DNA from: a virus
DNA length: 64,000 nt
Direction: 5' to 3' (one strand)
Virus record (IMG/VR): IMGVR_UViG_3300030060_005695
Both the position numbers and the translations under genes were made by a program. Position 1 is the stretch's first letter, and the number at the start of each line of letters is the position of its first letter. Shown here one piece after another: positions 19,995 to 30,713 of the stretch. The notes beneath the pieces were generated by a model. That model saw nothing but the letters and a program-made list of their open reading frames with translations, ran no database searches and was not told the DNA's origin.

Positions 19995-20433
19995 AATAAA
20001 TAAAACATTAAAAAAAGAATTTGATGAATATTGTAAATTAAATGAGATAGACAATATATCAGATTTTATTGTTAAATGTGCAAAGGATGGACTAACTTTA
20101 GATAAATACGGTGTTGCACCTTTTTTACCAAAATCTCAGATACAAGAAGTACCTGTAGAAAAAGAAATTATAAAAGAGGTTATAAAAGAGATACCGGTAG
20201 AGAAAGAGGTGATAGTAGAAAAGATAATAACAAAAGAGGTTAAAGACACTCATTTGATAGAAGAGTTAGAAAAAATAAAATTAGAACTAGTGGAGTCAAA
20301 AACCACTATCAACGAACAAAAAAATAAAATAAAAGAACAAGATGATGTATTGGAACACTTTAAAAACGTTACAGTAAATAGAAGGACAAAATACATGAGA
20401 ACATCTAACTTAAACGACACATACTTAGATTAA
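19987..20433 (+). CDS. Hypothetical protein with PVEKEV-type repeats and coiled coil
   Basis: EVPVEKEIIKEVIKEIPVEKEVIVEK. Confidence 0.6.
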   Translation: MIEINKTLKKEFDEYCKLNEIDNISDFIVKCAKDGLTLDKYGVAPFLPKSQIQEVPVEKEIIKEVIKEIPVEKEVIVEKIITKEVKDTHLIEELEKIKLELVESKTTINEQKNKIKEQDDVLEHFKNVTVNRRTKYMRTSNLNDTYLD

Positions 20434-20436
20434 ATT

Positions 20437-20769
20437 ATGGAAACACTTATATGGATTTTAGCAGCTTACGGAATGTCCCAAATATTAGTATTTGGTAGTA
20501 TATTTGACACCACAAGAGAATGGATAACAAAAAAATCAACTTTTTTTGGTGACTTACTTGGATGTATGATGTGTACATCTACATGGGTAGGATTCTTTTT
20601 CTCATTAACGTTCTACTCCCCAACAGAAAGCATGACGTTTATCCCTTACACTAGTATATTTTTTGATGGTATGTTAGCTAGTGGTTCAGTATGGGCAATT
20701 AATGCGATGGTAGAGTGGTTTGAAGAAAATAGACCCAAAGACGAAGACAACGGACCAGGAGTAGTTTAA
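20437..20769 (+). CDS. DUF1360-like small membrane protein
   Basis: Three hydrophobic segments and LLGCMMCTSTWVG (CxxC..W) motif. Confidence 0.65.
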   Translation: METLIWILAAYGMSQILVFGSIFDTTREWITKKSTFFGDLLGCMMCTSTWVGFFFSLTFYSPTESMTFIPYTSIFFDGMLASGSVWAINAMVEWFEENRPKDEDNGPGVV

Positions 20770-20805
20770 TTTGATTTATTATCCATAATATTTTATATTT
20801 AAATT

Positions 20806-21993
20806 ATGGATAAAACCCAAATACCCCTATTTAAAGTTTTTATGTCAGAGGAGGCACCTACTGAAGTAGGTAAAATACTAATGTCCGGTTTTGTGGGTGA
20901 AGGACCACAGGTAAAAAAGTTTGAAGATAAATTAAAAAACTATTTTGGTAGTAATAATCTTGTTACATTAAATTCAGCTACTTCAGCTTTACACCTAACT
21001 TTACATTTATTAAAAAACCCAACAAACACCATAGAATCTTCATCTGCTTATGCACCTCAACTAGGTGAGTGGCCTGGTTTAGAAGATGGTGACGAAGTAC
21101 TCAGTTGTCCCCTTACATGTACGGCTACTAACTGGCCTATACTAGCGAATAATTTAAATATAAAATGGGTTGATGTTAATCCAGAAACTTGTAACATGTG
21201 TTTAGATGATTTAGAAAAACAGATATCAGAAAAAACCAAAATCATCATGTTAGTACATTGGGGTGGTAACTCCATAGACTTAGATAGAGTAGAAAAAATA
21301 CAACAAAAATGTAAAAATAAATACGGATTTAGACCCGTAATAATCCAAGACGGAGCTCATGGATTTGGTTCCGAGTATAAAGGTAAAAAATTAGGAAACA
21401 CCAAACACGATACATTCACTATTTATAGTTTTCAAGCTATTAAACACCTTACAACAGTTGACGGGGGGTGTTTAATTCTACCAAATAATAGATACTATAA
21501 AAGAGCAAAACTTTTAAGGTGGTATGGTATTGATAGGGAGGATAATAGGAAAGATTTTAGATGTGAAAATGATATACCTGAATGGGGATTTAAATTTCAT
21601 ATGAATGATATTTCTGCGACCATAGGATTGTGTAATTTTAAACACATAGAAAGTATTTTAGAAAAACACAAACAAAATGCTCTTTACTATAATAAAGAAT
21701 TAAGGGGTTTAAAAAATCTTAAATTAATAAAAAGTGAAAACGAATGTTCTTATTGGATTTATACAATCAGGGTTAAAAATCAAAAAAAATTTATGGACAT
21801 GATGGAATCAAAAGGTATAATGGTTAGTAGAATACATGAACGTAATGACAAACACTCGTGTGTAGAAAAATATAAAAGAAATTTACCAAACTTAGATAAG
21901 TTAGTTAATGAAATGATTTGTATACCAGTTGGATGGTGGTTAAGTAAAGAGGATAAAGAATATATTGTTAAAGCAATAAAAGGTGGATGGTAA
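20806..21993 (+). CDS. DegT/DnrJ/EryC1/StrS family sugar aminotransferase
   Basis: NSATSALHL, VHWGG, IQDGAHG, SFQAIKHLTTVDGG (PLP lysine), GFKFHMND. Confidence 0.92.
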   Translation: MDKTQIPLFKVFMSEEAPTEVGKILMSGFVGEGPQVKKFEDKLKNYFGSNNLVTLNSATSALHLTLHLLKNPTNTIESSSAYAPQLGEWPGLEDGDEVLSCPLTCTATNWPILANNLNIKWVDVNPETCNMCLDDLEKQISEKTKIIMLVHWGGNSIDLDRVEKIQQKCKNKYGFRPVIIQDGAHGFGSEYKGKKLGNTKHDTFTIYSFQAIKHLTTVDGGCLILPNNRYYKRAKLLRWYGIDREDNRKDFRCENDIPEWGFKFHMNDISATIGLCNFKHIESILEKHKQNALYYNKELRGLKNLKLIKSENECSYWIYTIRVKNQKKFMDMMESKGIMVSRIHERNDKHSCVEKYKRNLPNLDKLVNEMICIPVGWWLSKEDKEYIVKAIKGGW

Positions 21994-23021
21994 ATAATAG
22001 TATTTCTTGTGTAGTAATTACAAATGGATTAAATAATAAGTTTTTAACTGAAAGAACTTTATCCAGTATTATGAGTACAACCGACCATATAGGTTGGCAG
22101 ATTGAGTTAATAGTTGTGGATAATAGTCCAGACCAAAACGTTAAAGATATTTTATTAGATGAAGGTTATATAAATGTGGTAAATAAAAGAATAAATGTAA
22201 TAAAATCTTTACCCAATCATTTACCCAAAGCTTTTAATACGGGCGTAATAAATTCACAAAGTAAGTACGTTGCACTTTTTCATGATGATTGTGAAATACT
22301 AGATAATAATTGGGTTAAAAAACTAACAAATCAATTAACTGAAAAAGTATATATGGTGGGTCCTGAGTTACATACAGATATTGAACCACTACAAATTATA
22401 AAACAAAAAAAATATCTAAAAGAAGTACCAGTAGTTTTAGAAAGAGAAAAATTTTTAGAAATAGATGGGTATGATGAAAGTTATTATTGGGGATTTGAGG
22501 ATGTAATGTTTTCTACAAAGATACTAAATCTAGGAAAGCAAATAAAAAAAGTACCAGTACAATACAACCACTTCAACGGAATGTCTACTATTCTTCTACA
22601 AAAAAAATACTTATCATCACCAACAGAGTTTAAAGATACTCAAGATACTTTTGTTAAAATGCTAACCAGAAAAGAATTTAATGAGTTTAAAAGAAAAACA
22701 ATGGGACACATTAAGGTAAAAATAAAAGAAGTAATTAAAAACCCACTACTAATAACCATACTTACTATTCTAAAATTTTCAACTAATTTAAAAATAACAA
22801 AAAATATAGGTGTTAACCTAGGATATATACAACTTTGTAGGTATTGGAAAACAGTACCAACCAAAGTACCTACAGAAATTTTAGTTGGTCTAATGCCTAA
22901 AACACAAAATGATATAGATGTATTAATGGAAGACATTAAACAACAAAAAGATGGGGAACTTTATAGTAAACTAGAAAAATATAAAGGAAAAATTTTTAAA
23001 GATTATTTTAAAACTATCTAG
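21987..23021 (+). CDS. Glycosyltransferase family 2
   Basis: ELIVVDN, AFNTG, LFHDD, GYDE..WGFED. Confidence 0.85.
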   Translation: MVNNSISCVVITNGLNNKFLTERTLSSIMSTTDHIGWQIELIVVDNSPDQNVKDILLDEGYINVVNKRINVIKSLPNHLPKAFNTGVINSQSKYVALFHDDCEILDNNWVKKLTNQLTEKVYMVGPELHTDIEPLQIIKQKKYLKEVPVVLEREKFLEIDGYDESYYWGFEDVMFSTKILNLGKQIKKVPVQYNHFNGMSTILLQKKYLSSPTEFKDTQDTFVKMLTRKEFNEFKRKTMGHIKVKIKEVIKNPLLITILTILKFSTNLKITKNIGVNLGYIQLCRYWKTVPTKVPTEILVGLMPKTQNDIDVLMEDIKQQKDGELYSKLEKYKGKIFKDYFKTI

Positions 23022-23724
23022 CGTTAGGGTCACAATACTTACCCTTTCTATTTTCACTACCACCAGCAGGAATAGTATGTCCACCAGCCATCACATTTAT
23101 AGGGTTAACTTTTTTACCACCCTTCCAAATAATGTAATGTAAGTGAGGACCCATAGAATTACCAGCACCTGGGTCACCTTCACCACCACCAGAAACCCCA
23201 ACAGGAAAACCTTTAGGTATTTTTAAACCATACAACTTTTCATTAACAACTTTCATATGGCAATAACCAACAGCATCCCCATTATTACAATCAACTTTTA
23301 TAAAACCACCACAATCACCACCATCATCACTAGCTTTACTAACAATACCCGCACATGCAGATATAAGAGGTTGGTCATTTCTTAAACCAGTAGTATCCAA
23401 ATCCACACCACTGTGTAATCTATTATTACCAGTAGCAGTTCTATACCCATAACAACTATTAATTTTTTTTGGTAAAGTGGGTATTGGGTACAATGTTGGA
23501 GCATCATTATTATCTTTATATTTGGAAGGAATGTAACTTAAAACTTTTTCTAATTTACTTCTAGATAACTCACGTAATATTTTATAATCATTAGGGCTAG
23601 GTTTAGTTAATCTACTGATAACAGCTTCCGCTATTTTTTTAAGTGGGTCAGGAAGATTTTTTATATTAAACCTCTGTTCCTTAACTAATTTAGTGTACTG
23701 ATTTTCGGTTATTCTAATTTTCAC
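23014..23724 (-). CDS. M23 family metallopeptidase with N-terminal leader
   Basis: HSGVD, YCHM, GNSMGPHLHY; GTG start. Confidence 0.9.
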   Translation of the reverse strand: MKIRITENQYTKLVKEQRFNIKNLPDPLKKIAEAVISRLTKPSPNDYKILRELSRSKLEKVLSYIPSKYKDNNDAPTLYPIPTLPKKINSCYGYRTATGNNRLHSGVDLDTTGLRNDQPLISACAGIVSKASDDGGDCGGFIKVDCNNGDAVGYCHMKVVNEKLYGLKIPKGFPVGVSGGGEGDPGAGNSMGPHLHYIIWKGGKKVNPINVMAGGHTIPAGGSENRKGKYCDPNAR

Positions 23725-23765
23725 TTCATATTGATTTATACTAATAAATATACGATATTTAAGAC

Positions 23766-26093
23766 ATGGAAATAGATAAGTTAGAAAATCCTTTCATTAA
23801 GGTTACATGGGACGACATACCAGAAAATTTTACACAAGAAAGAATTAAAAGAGTTAGAAGTTACTTTCAAAACAAATACAATTCTAAGAATGTAACAGTC
23901 CTTACTAGAGCTATTGATAGAAAGTCAGGAAACGAACTAGATATAGACCTAGAACAAAATGTAATGGACACCACATATCAAAGGAATCTCATGTCACAAT
24001 TTGTTATGGCAAATGATATGAGAGTGGATATAGATTTGTTGAAAAGATTAGATGATAAGGTAAACGCAAAAATTGCGGATGAAGTCGAAATGGACACCAA
24101 ATACAAAAGAGTATATATTAAAAATATAAAATTTTCCAATTTCTTATCATTTGGGGATAATAACACACTAAATGTGGAAAAACTAGGAGGTATTACCGTC
24201 ATAGACTCCAACCCACCCAATTTTGGAGGTAAATCCGTTTTAGCTGTAGACCTAATACTATTCTTATTCTTTAATACCACAACTAAAACTACTAAAGCAA
24301 TCGATATTTTTAATAGATTTAGAAAAAGTAATGAAGTTTTCGTTCAAGGAGAAGTTGAAATAGATGGGAAAGATTATATTATAGTTAGAAAAATTAAAAG
24401 AAGAAAGACAAAAAAAGGGGATTGGTCTGTTAGTACTAGTTTAGAGTTTTTAGAAAGAAAAAAAGACGGTTCATTACAAAATTTTACAGGAGAACAAAGA
24501 AGAGAAACGGAAAAGTTTATAAAGGAATCTATTGGTACTATGAATGATTTTTTACTAACAGTTTTATCTACTGCTGGTAATCTAGAATCACTTATAGAGT
24601 CAAAACCTACAGAAAGAGGTAATGTTTTAAGTAGATTTATAGGTCTAGAAGTTTTAAAAGACAAAGAAAAAACATGTAAAGAAATGTATTCCGCTTGGTC
24701 AAAAAAATTAATATCTAATGTTTATAATATTGAAGATTTAAAACAAGGTATTAAAAAAGAAGAGGAAACAAAAAATACCTTAACACAAAATAACATAGAG
24801 AATGAAAAAAATCTAAAAAAAGTAGAGGTTGAACTGTTAAAGAACAATAAAAATAGGGATGAATTAATAAGTAAAAAATTTATTGATATAGATAGTGAAA
24901 TAGAGAAGGTAAATCCTAGGTTATTAAAAGAAAATTTAGATGAAAATAATTTAAATTTATTAAGTTTAGATTTAAAATTAAAAGCTTATGGGGACAAAGA
25001 AATTCCAGAAGAGATAGACTTAGAAATTTTAAGTCATAAGACAAAAGAAAGGGATAACACCTTACATAAAAAGATACAAAATACAACTAATTTAAAAAAT
25101 TTAAATAAAACATTAAAAAATTTAATAGAGGCAGAAATATGCCCTACTTGTAAACAACCTTTAAAAGATGTAGACCATACAGATGAGATTGAATCCTTAA
25201 AAAAAGAAGTAAATCAACTAACCACTACAATAAATAAGGAAGAAATAAAACTAACTAACTTAAATGAAGATGTAGATAAGCTCACCACCAAAAAAACAAT
25301 TTTTGATGAGTACGAGAAAGAAATGTTAAAAAAAGAAAGATTAGTATTAGAGATAAATAAAAAAGAATTAGATATAAGGGAGTTAAGAAATAAATTAGAA
25401 GAATGGGAAAGTAATAAAAATAAACTTGAAGAAAATGCGGAAATAGATAAAAAAATATTAACCACTAACTCCACCATAGATGTATTAAAAACAAATAAGG
25501 ATTCTTTAATAAGAGATATAGAAAGTAATATTAGTGGGATAAAAGTAGCAGAAGACACTATAGTAGAACATAATACTAAGATAAGTAAAATTAAAAAAGA
25601 AAATGAAGTTGAAGAAATTTTTAGAGCTTATTTAACTGTATTTGGTAAGAATGGGATAATAAAAACAATAGTTAAAAGTGTCGTACCAAAACTTAATAGT
25701 GAATTAATGAGGTTATTATCCGACGTAACTAATTTTATGGTTGAAATAAGGGTTAGTGATAAAAATGAAGTAGAGTTTTGGATGGTAGATAATAATACTG
25801 GCGTAGAAAAATTATTAGTTACTGGGAGTGGTTTTGAAAAAACACTAGCATCTCTTGCTATTAGAACGGTATTGACTAAGGTATCTTGTCTACCACGACC
25901 AAACATAACTGTATTTGATGAAGTATTGGGTAAGGTAAGTAATGAAAATCTTGACCAGGTAGGTACATTTTTTAGTAGAGTTAAAGATTATTTTGAAAAT
26001 ATATTTTTAATCACACATAATCCTTTAGTAAGAGAGTGGTCCGATAATATAATAACAATCACTAAAGAAAGTAATATTTCTAAATTAAAATAA
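23766..26093 (+). CDS. SbcC/Rad50-like SMC ATPase
   Basis: NFLSFG, Walker A NFGGKS, coiled coil with CPTC zinc hook, SGFE signature, VFDE Walker B, LITH. Confidence 0.92.
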   Translation: MEIDKLENPFIKVTWDDIPENFTQERIKRVRSYFQNKYNSKNVTVLTRAIDRKSGNELDIDLEQNVMDTTYQRNLMSQFVMANDMRVDIDLLKRLDDKVNAKIADEVEMDTKYKRVYIKNIKFSNFLSFGDNNTLNVEKLGGITVIDSNPPNFGGKSVLAVDLILFLFFNTTTKTTKAIDIFNRFRKSNEVFVQGEVEIDGKDYIIVRKIKRRKTKKGDWSVSTSLEFLERKKDGSLQNFTGEQRRETEKFIKESIGTMNDFLLTVLSTAGNLESLIESKPTERGNVLSRFIGLEVLKDKEKTCKEMYSAWSKKLISNVYNIEDLKQGIKKEEETKNTLTQNNIENEKNLKKVEVELLKNNKNRDELISKKFIDIDSEIEKVNPRLLKENLDENNLNLLSLDLKLKAYGDKEIPEEIDLEILSHKTKERDNTLHKKIQNTTNLKNLNKTLKNLIEAEICPTCKQPLKDVDHTDEIESLKKEVNQLTTTINKEEIKLTNLNEDVDKLTTKKTIFDEYEKEMLKKERLVLEINKKELDIRELRNKLEEWESNKNKLEENAEIDKKILTTNSTIDVLKTNKDSLIRDIESNISGIKVAEDTIVEHNTKISKIKKENEVEEIFRAYLTVFGKNGIIKTIVKSVVPKLNSELMRLLSDVTNFMVEIRVSDKNEVEFWMVDNNTGVEKLLVTGSGFEKTLASLAIRTVLTKVSCLPRPNITVFDEVLGKVSNENLDQVGTFFSRVKDYFENIFLITHNPLVREWSDNIITITKESNISKLK

Positions 26094-26105
26094 ATATTTA
26101 TAAGT

Positions 26106-26663
26106 ATGGGACCAAGAGTTAAACAATACCTTTTATTTATGTTCGGTAATTGGAGTATGATTGAAAAAAATTCTGAAGTAGTTAATAATATTAGAGATGT
26201 TATGGAGACTATAGTTACTGAAGAAGAATTTACTTTTATTACCGGAGACCATGTAATAATAATGTGTGTAAAATCTAGATTGTCTTTTGAAGAAATAGAT
26301 GAAATACTAAAAGAATTTCTTTCACCATTTATAAATACTCTATTTCTAATGCCTAAACCTAGAAAACTAGCTTATAGAATGGACGAAAATTTAAAAAATC
26401 ATTTGTTTGGAAAGGCAAAACCAAAATATAAAAACATAGACCCTAAAATTGCCGAGATACTAACTCAACAGTTACAATCAATAGTTAACGACAGAGTAAA
26501 AAAGTTGAAGAAAGACATTGACAAAAGTAAAAATATTAGTACTTTTAAAAAAACAAAGTTAATTCCAATGACCATTGACGGACTTTTGGATAAAATAATA
26601 GAAGAGGGAATCGATAGTTTAACTATAGAAGAAAAAGAATTTTTAAATAAATTTAACAAGTAA
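26106..26663 (+). CDS. Hypothetical protein with DUF6576-like C-terminus
   Basis: IDGLLDKIIEEGIDSLTIEEKEFL. Confidence 0.6.
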   Translation: MGPRVKQYLLFMFGNWSMIEKNSEVVNNIRDVMETIVTEEEFTFITGDHVIIMCVKSRLSFEEIDEILKEFLSPFINTLFLMPKPRKLAYRMDENLKNHLFGKAKPKYKNIDPKIAEILTQQLQSIVNDRVKKLKKDIDKSKNISTFKKTKLIPMTIDGLLDKIIEEGIDSLTIEEKEFLNKFNK

Positions 26664-26668
26664 AAAAA

Positions 26669-27007
26669 ATGAAATTAGATACTAGTAAATATAAAATAAC
26701 TTTAATGACAGAAGCTGTTTGTCCTTCATGTCAAGAAATACAACAATTATTCGACAACAATCTTATTAAATACCAAAATAAATGTATTACAGCACAAATA
26801 CCACCTGACTATACGGTTAATCAAGAAAATGCTGCTAATAGATGGGAATTTCATGATTTAGCTGACAAACATCCAGATAAAGTTAGTAATACTCCAGTAA
26901 TGATAATAGAAGATGTTGATGGGAATCAAGAAATATTTAGTGCTGGTGCAGGTTATGAAACAGCAGAAGAGGCTTTAGAATTAATACAAAAAAATTACTG
27001 CATATAA
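26669..27007 (+). CDS. Glutaredoxin/thioredoxin-like protein
   Basis: CPSC near the N-terminus; cis-Pro-type NTPVMII motif. Confidence 0.65.
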   Translation: MKLDTSKYKITLMTEAVCPSCQEIQQLFDNNLIKYQNKCITAQIPPDYTVNQENAANRWEFHDLADKHPDKVSNTPVMIIEDVDGNQEIFSAGAGYETAEEALELIQKNYCI

Positions 27008-27024
27008 AATAAACCAACAAATCC

Positions 27025-27055
27025 TTGTTGGCCACAAATTAATTTTTTATATTTG
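27025..27055 (+). promoter_or_regulatory. Bacteroidota sigmaA-type promoter upstream of the sigma factor gene
   Basis: TTG-N20-TATATTTG. Confidence 0.6.
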
Positions 27056-27145
27056 TACACATATAATATATCTGACAAAAAGTCAGTTAATATTAAATGG
27101 TACGCTTATTGTACTATAGTATAGTAACTAATAAAAATTAATATA

Positions 27146-27943
27146 ATGGCAAAAAATACATTTATAAATCAGGCAGAAATATCACATTACTTAAAAGATG
27201 TGAGAAAAAGAAAAGTACTAACACCAGCTAGAGAAAAAGAATTAGCTAAAATAATGTTAGATAAGAATACCCCGATAGAAAAAAGAGAAGAAGTACATTT
27301 AGAATTACTAGAGGGAAACCTTAGATTTGTTATTAGTGTAGCGAAAGACTATCAAGGACAAGGGGTTGAACTTTCTGATTTAATTGCAGAAGGTAATTAT
27401 GGTTTACTTAAAGCGATAAAAAACTTTGATTGGGATAAAGGTTTTAGGTTTATTTCTTACGCTGTCTGGTGGGTTAAACAATCTATACTACAATGTCTAA
27501 ACGAAAACGCTAGGACTATAAGACTACCGGTGAACATAATTCAAGAACTACAAAGAGAAAAGAAAAAAATTAGTCAGGAAATAGAAAAGTGGAATAGTAA
27601 ACTTGCTATGTTACCAGTAACAATTAACTATGACCGACCAATAAATGAAGAAGGTGATACTCTCATAGATATATTAGTTAATCCAGATGCTGAAAATCCT
27701 GAAGATATTTTTGCAGATGAAGTTAATTTAAAAGATGAACTTTATAAATTAATGTCTAGTCTAGATGAAAGAGAAAGAAACATTATTATAGACTATTATG
27801 GTCTATGTGGTACACCGATGACCCTACAAGAAATTGGGGACGGACTAAGTCTAACTAAAGAAAGAGTAAGACAAATAAAAGAAAAAGTATTAAGAAAATT
27901 AAGAAATGACAGCTACCAACTGTTAGAATACCTGGGTGATTAA
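27146..27943 (+). CDS. RNA polymerase sigma-70 factor, RpoD/SigA family
   Basis: YLKDV region 1.2, NLRFVISVAK, DLIAEGNYGL, RFISYAVWWVKQSI, RTIRLP, TLQEIG...LTKERVRQI. Confidence 0.95.
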   Translation: MAKNTFINQAEISHYLKDVRKRKVLTPAREKELAKIMLDKNTPIEKREEVHLELLEGNLRFVISVAKDYQGQGVELSDLIAEGNYGLLKAIKNFDWDKGFRFISYAVWWVKQSILQCLNENARTIRLPVNIIQELQREKKKISQEIEKWNSKLAMLPVTINYDRPINEEGDTLIDILVNPDAENPEDIFADEVNLKDELYKLMSSLDERERNIIIDYYGLCGTPMTLQEIGDGLSLTKERVRQIKEKVLRKLRNDSYQLLEYLGD

Positions 27944-27964
27944 TATTTATCAATAAAGATAAAA

Positions 27965-29344
27965 ATGAAAAAAAGACTTTTTCCGTTATTAATTGCGTTA
28001 TCTGCATTGGCAGTATCTGGTTCAGCAGCCTTCTATTCAGTGTTTGGATTAAGTAAACTATTCGCCGGAGCTTCCACCCAAGTAATAATAATGGCAGGTT
28101 CACTAGAATTCGCAAAACTTGTAGTAGCTTCACTCTTATATCAATATTGGGACACAATTAACAGAGCTTTAAAAATATATCTTTCATTAGCCTGTTTTAT
28201 ACTTATCTTAATTACTAGTGGTGGTATATATGGATTCCTATCCGGAGCATATCAAGAAACAGCAACTAAATCTGAGTTATTAGACAAATCTTTAGCAATA
28301 ATAAACCAAAAACAAATTAGATTTGAAGAACAAAAAACGGACTTAACACTCGAAAAAACACAATTAAACCAATCAATCTCAGAACTAAGAATATCCCTAT
28401 CAAACCCAAGTTCAGTATCGTATTATGATAAAGAGGCTGAACAGGTAATTACAACAACTTCTAGTTCTACAAGACGAGCTTTACAAAAAGAATTAGAAAA
28501 CACAATAAAAGATAGAGATGAGATTAACATAAAATTAGAAGCTGTTCTTGACTCTATAAATTCAACTGATGTATTATTGTTAGATAAAGAAGTTAGTAAC
28601 GAAGCTGAAAGAGAATTAGGACCTTTAAAATACTTAGCGGAAACTACCGGTAAACCAATGAATGAGGTAGTTAATTGGTTTTTATTATTAATTATATTTG
28701 TATTTGACCCACTAGCAATCGCATTAGTCGTAGCAGCGAATTTCGCATTTGCACAAATAAAACCAAAAAAAGAAGAATTCATAGTCCAAACCAGTGGGAT
28801 TGACCCTAAAGATGTAAAAATGTCAAAACCAGACGGTTTAGAATTTGATACACCATATACTATGGAAGAAGTGTCAGAAGCTTTTGCAAGACAAGATAAA
28901 AAAGATGAAACTAAAGAGGAAGAACTATTTGAACAGGAAGTTATAGATGACCAATACTTTGAAGACTTAGAAAATTATATAAATTATACATCAGAAGAAA
29001 AACAGATGGATATAGATGAACAAAGAATGAATATCATAGGTCAAAACGGTAATGATGGTTTACATTACGACGAGACAGATATCCCATTAGATAGATTAAC
29101 AGACACCACACAAACTTTAATAGTAGACAGTAAAAAAGATGTGAGGGTTATTAAAACTAATGATGATTTAGAAGAAGAAGAACTAATAGCTTTAAGTAAA
29201 GAAGTAGGTAAAAATGAAATAATTGAAGAAATAAAACCAATAAATCCTACTGAAAAAGAACTTGAAAAATTAGCAGAAGCACTTAATATTAGTAAAAAAG
29301 AACAGGAAGATGACAACAAAACACTTAGATATAAGGGAAGATAA
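27965..29344 (+). CDS. Membrane protein with coiled coil and acidic tail
   Basis: Three N-terminal TM helices, coiled coil, IIFVFDPLAIAL TM helix. Confidence 0.7.
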   Translation: MKKRLFPLLIALSALAVSGSAAFYSVFGLSKLFAGASTQVIIMAGSLEFAKLVVASLLYQYWDTINRALKIYLSLACFILILITSGGIYGFLSGAYQETATKSELLDKSLAIINQKQIRFEEQKTDLTLEKTQLNQSISELRISLSNPSSVSYYDKEAEQVITTTSSSTRRALQKELENTIKDRDEINIKLEAVLDSINSTDVLLLDKEVSNEAERELGPLKYLAETTGKPMNEVVNWFLLLIIFVFDPLAIALVVAANFAFAQIKPKKEEFIVQTSGIDPKDVKMSKPDGLEFDTPYTMEEVSEAFARQDKKDETKEEELFEQEVIDDQYFEDLENYINYTSEEKQMDIDEQRMNIIGQNGNDGLHYDETDIPLDRLTDTTQTLIVDSKKDVRVIKTNDDLEEEELIALSKEVGKNEIIEEIKPINPTEKELEKLAEALNISKKEQEDDNKTLRYKGR

Positions 29345-29864
29345 GATAAATCAAATACTGTTATGTAATACTAATAGAGACATTAAAAATTACTTAAAGG
29401 GACTAAAATTTAGAAATAACGGTAAATACGAAAAAATACCAAATTATATAATAGATAAAAAAGGTGAAATTCATACACCAACGGACAAAGATGTCTCTAA
29501 ACACTATCTATTTGGTTATAGAAACGAGGGTGTTATTGTAGTGTGTTTAGAAAATAGGGGTTGGTTAAAAAGAAGAAGTACTGACGGTAAGTATGTTGAT
29601 TGGTTGGGGGATATTTATAGTAGTAAAACATTCTCTAAAAAATGGAGAAATAAACTGTTTTGGGATAAATATACTGATAAACAAATAGAAACAACTAAAA
29701 AACTAATAGATAAAATATGTAAAAATAAAAATATACCTAATGAATTTATAGGTCACAACGTTTTAGTTGATGGTATAGAAAATTTTAAAGGTATAGTATC
29801 TAGAAGTAATTATAATGAATATTGGACAGACATAAACCCATCATTTAATTTTGAAATATTATGA
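29310..29864 (+). CDS. Amidase_2/PGRP-like protein, possibly catalytically degenerate
   Basis: QILLCNT, NYIIDKKGEI, VCLEN, YTDKQIE...LIDKIC, IGHN, DINPSF. Confidence 0.6.
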   Translation: MTTKHLDIREDKINQILLCNTNRDIKNYLKGLKFRNNGKYEKIPNYIIDKKGEIHTPTDKDVSKHYLFGYRNEGVIVVCLENRGWLKRRSTDGKYVDWLGDIYSSKTFSKKWRNKLFWDKYTDKQIETTKKLIDKICKNKNIPNEFIGHNVLVDGIENFKGIVSRSNYNEYWTDINPSFNFEIL

Positions 29865-30400
29865 AAAAAATAAATAACATAAAAGATTATACCGAGTATA
29901 CTAATAATAGATACGACGAAATGAAATCTTTATTAAACAAATCTAGAAGGTTAACTGAACAAGTCACAGATATTGAAGATATTACTTTAGATAGGGAAGA
30001 AGAAAAAACCAAAGAATATGACGTATCTAGTGGAAAAATTATTGTTCATGGATACACCACTTCAGACATAACTTTAACGGACGAAGAAAAAAATACCTAC
30101 CAAGAAACTATGGACGACTTCATAGAACAAGTTTCTGATTTAGTAGACTATAACGCTTTAAATATATATGATAATAACGTAGAGTGGTCTGGTGTTTTAG
30201 TTAAGTTTGATACTGAATTTTTTTACAGTGTAGGTGAAGAAAATGGTGTTTATATAACTGGAAGTATGGTTAAAATAGATAGTGAAGCATTAGAGATGCT
30301 TAATAAGTTAAAAGATTATTATCAGATTTTTTCTGCAAAATGGGCAGCTGTATTAGCTGATAGAAAATCAACTAAAAAGATGGAGGAAGAAAACGAGTAA
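29861..30400 (+). CDS. Hypothetical acidic protein (possible head-associated)
   Basis: 179 aa; leader-like LLNKSRRLTEQ. Confidence 0.55.
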   Translation: MKKINNIKDYTEYTNNRYDEMKSLLNKSRRLTEQVTDIEDITLDREEEKTKEYDVSSGKIIVHGYTTSDITLTDEEKNTYQETMDDFIEQVSDLVDYNALNIYDNNVEWSGVLVKFDTEFFYSVGEENGVYITGSMVKIDSEALEMLNKLKDYYQIFSAKWAAVLADRKSTKKMEEENE

Positions 30401-30401
30401 T

Positions 30402-30713
30402 ATGGAATTTTTAAAAAAATCATGGAAATTTATAGTTGGTATCATTGGATTCTTTATAGGGTTTGTTTGGTTCATGAACGCTAACAGCAGTAAAAAAGTT
30501 AAAAAGATTAAAAGAAATATTAAATCTAACGAGAAGAAAACCAAAGAAGTTGATAAAAAAATAGAGAATGTAAAAAAGAAAAAGAAGAAGACAAAGAAAA
30601 AGATTGCGGATACAGATAAAGAACTCAAAGAACTTAAAACTAAAAAACCGGTAGTTAAAAAGAAAACAGGAAAACAGGCAACTAATTCCTTAAAAAATAG
30701 ACTTAAAAAATGA
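30402..30713 (+). CDS. N-terminally anchored Lys-rich membrane protein
   Basis: One N-terminal TM helix, then a basic coiled coil. Confidence 0.6.
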   Translation: MEFLKKSWKFIVGIIGFFIGFVWFMNANSSKKVKKIKRNIKSNEKKTKEVDKKIENVKKKKKKTKKKIADTDKELKELKTKKPVVKKKTGKQATNSLKNRLKK

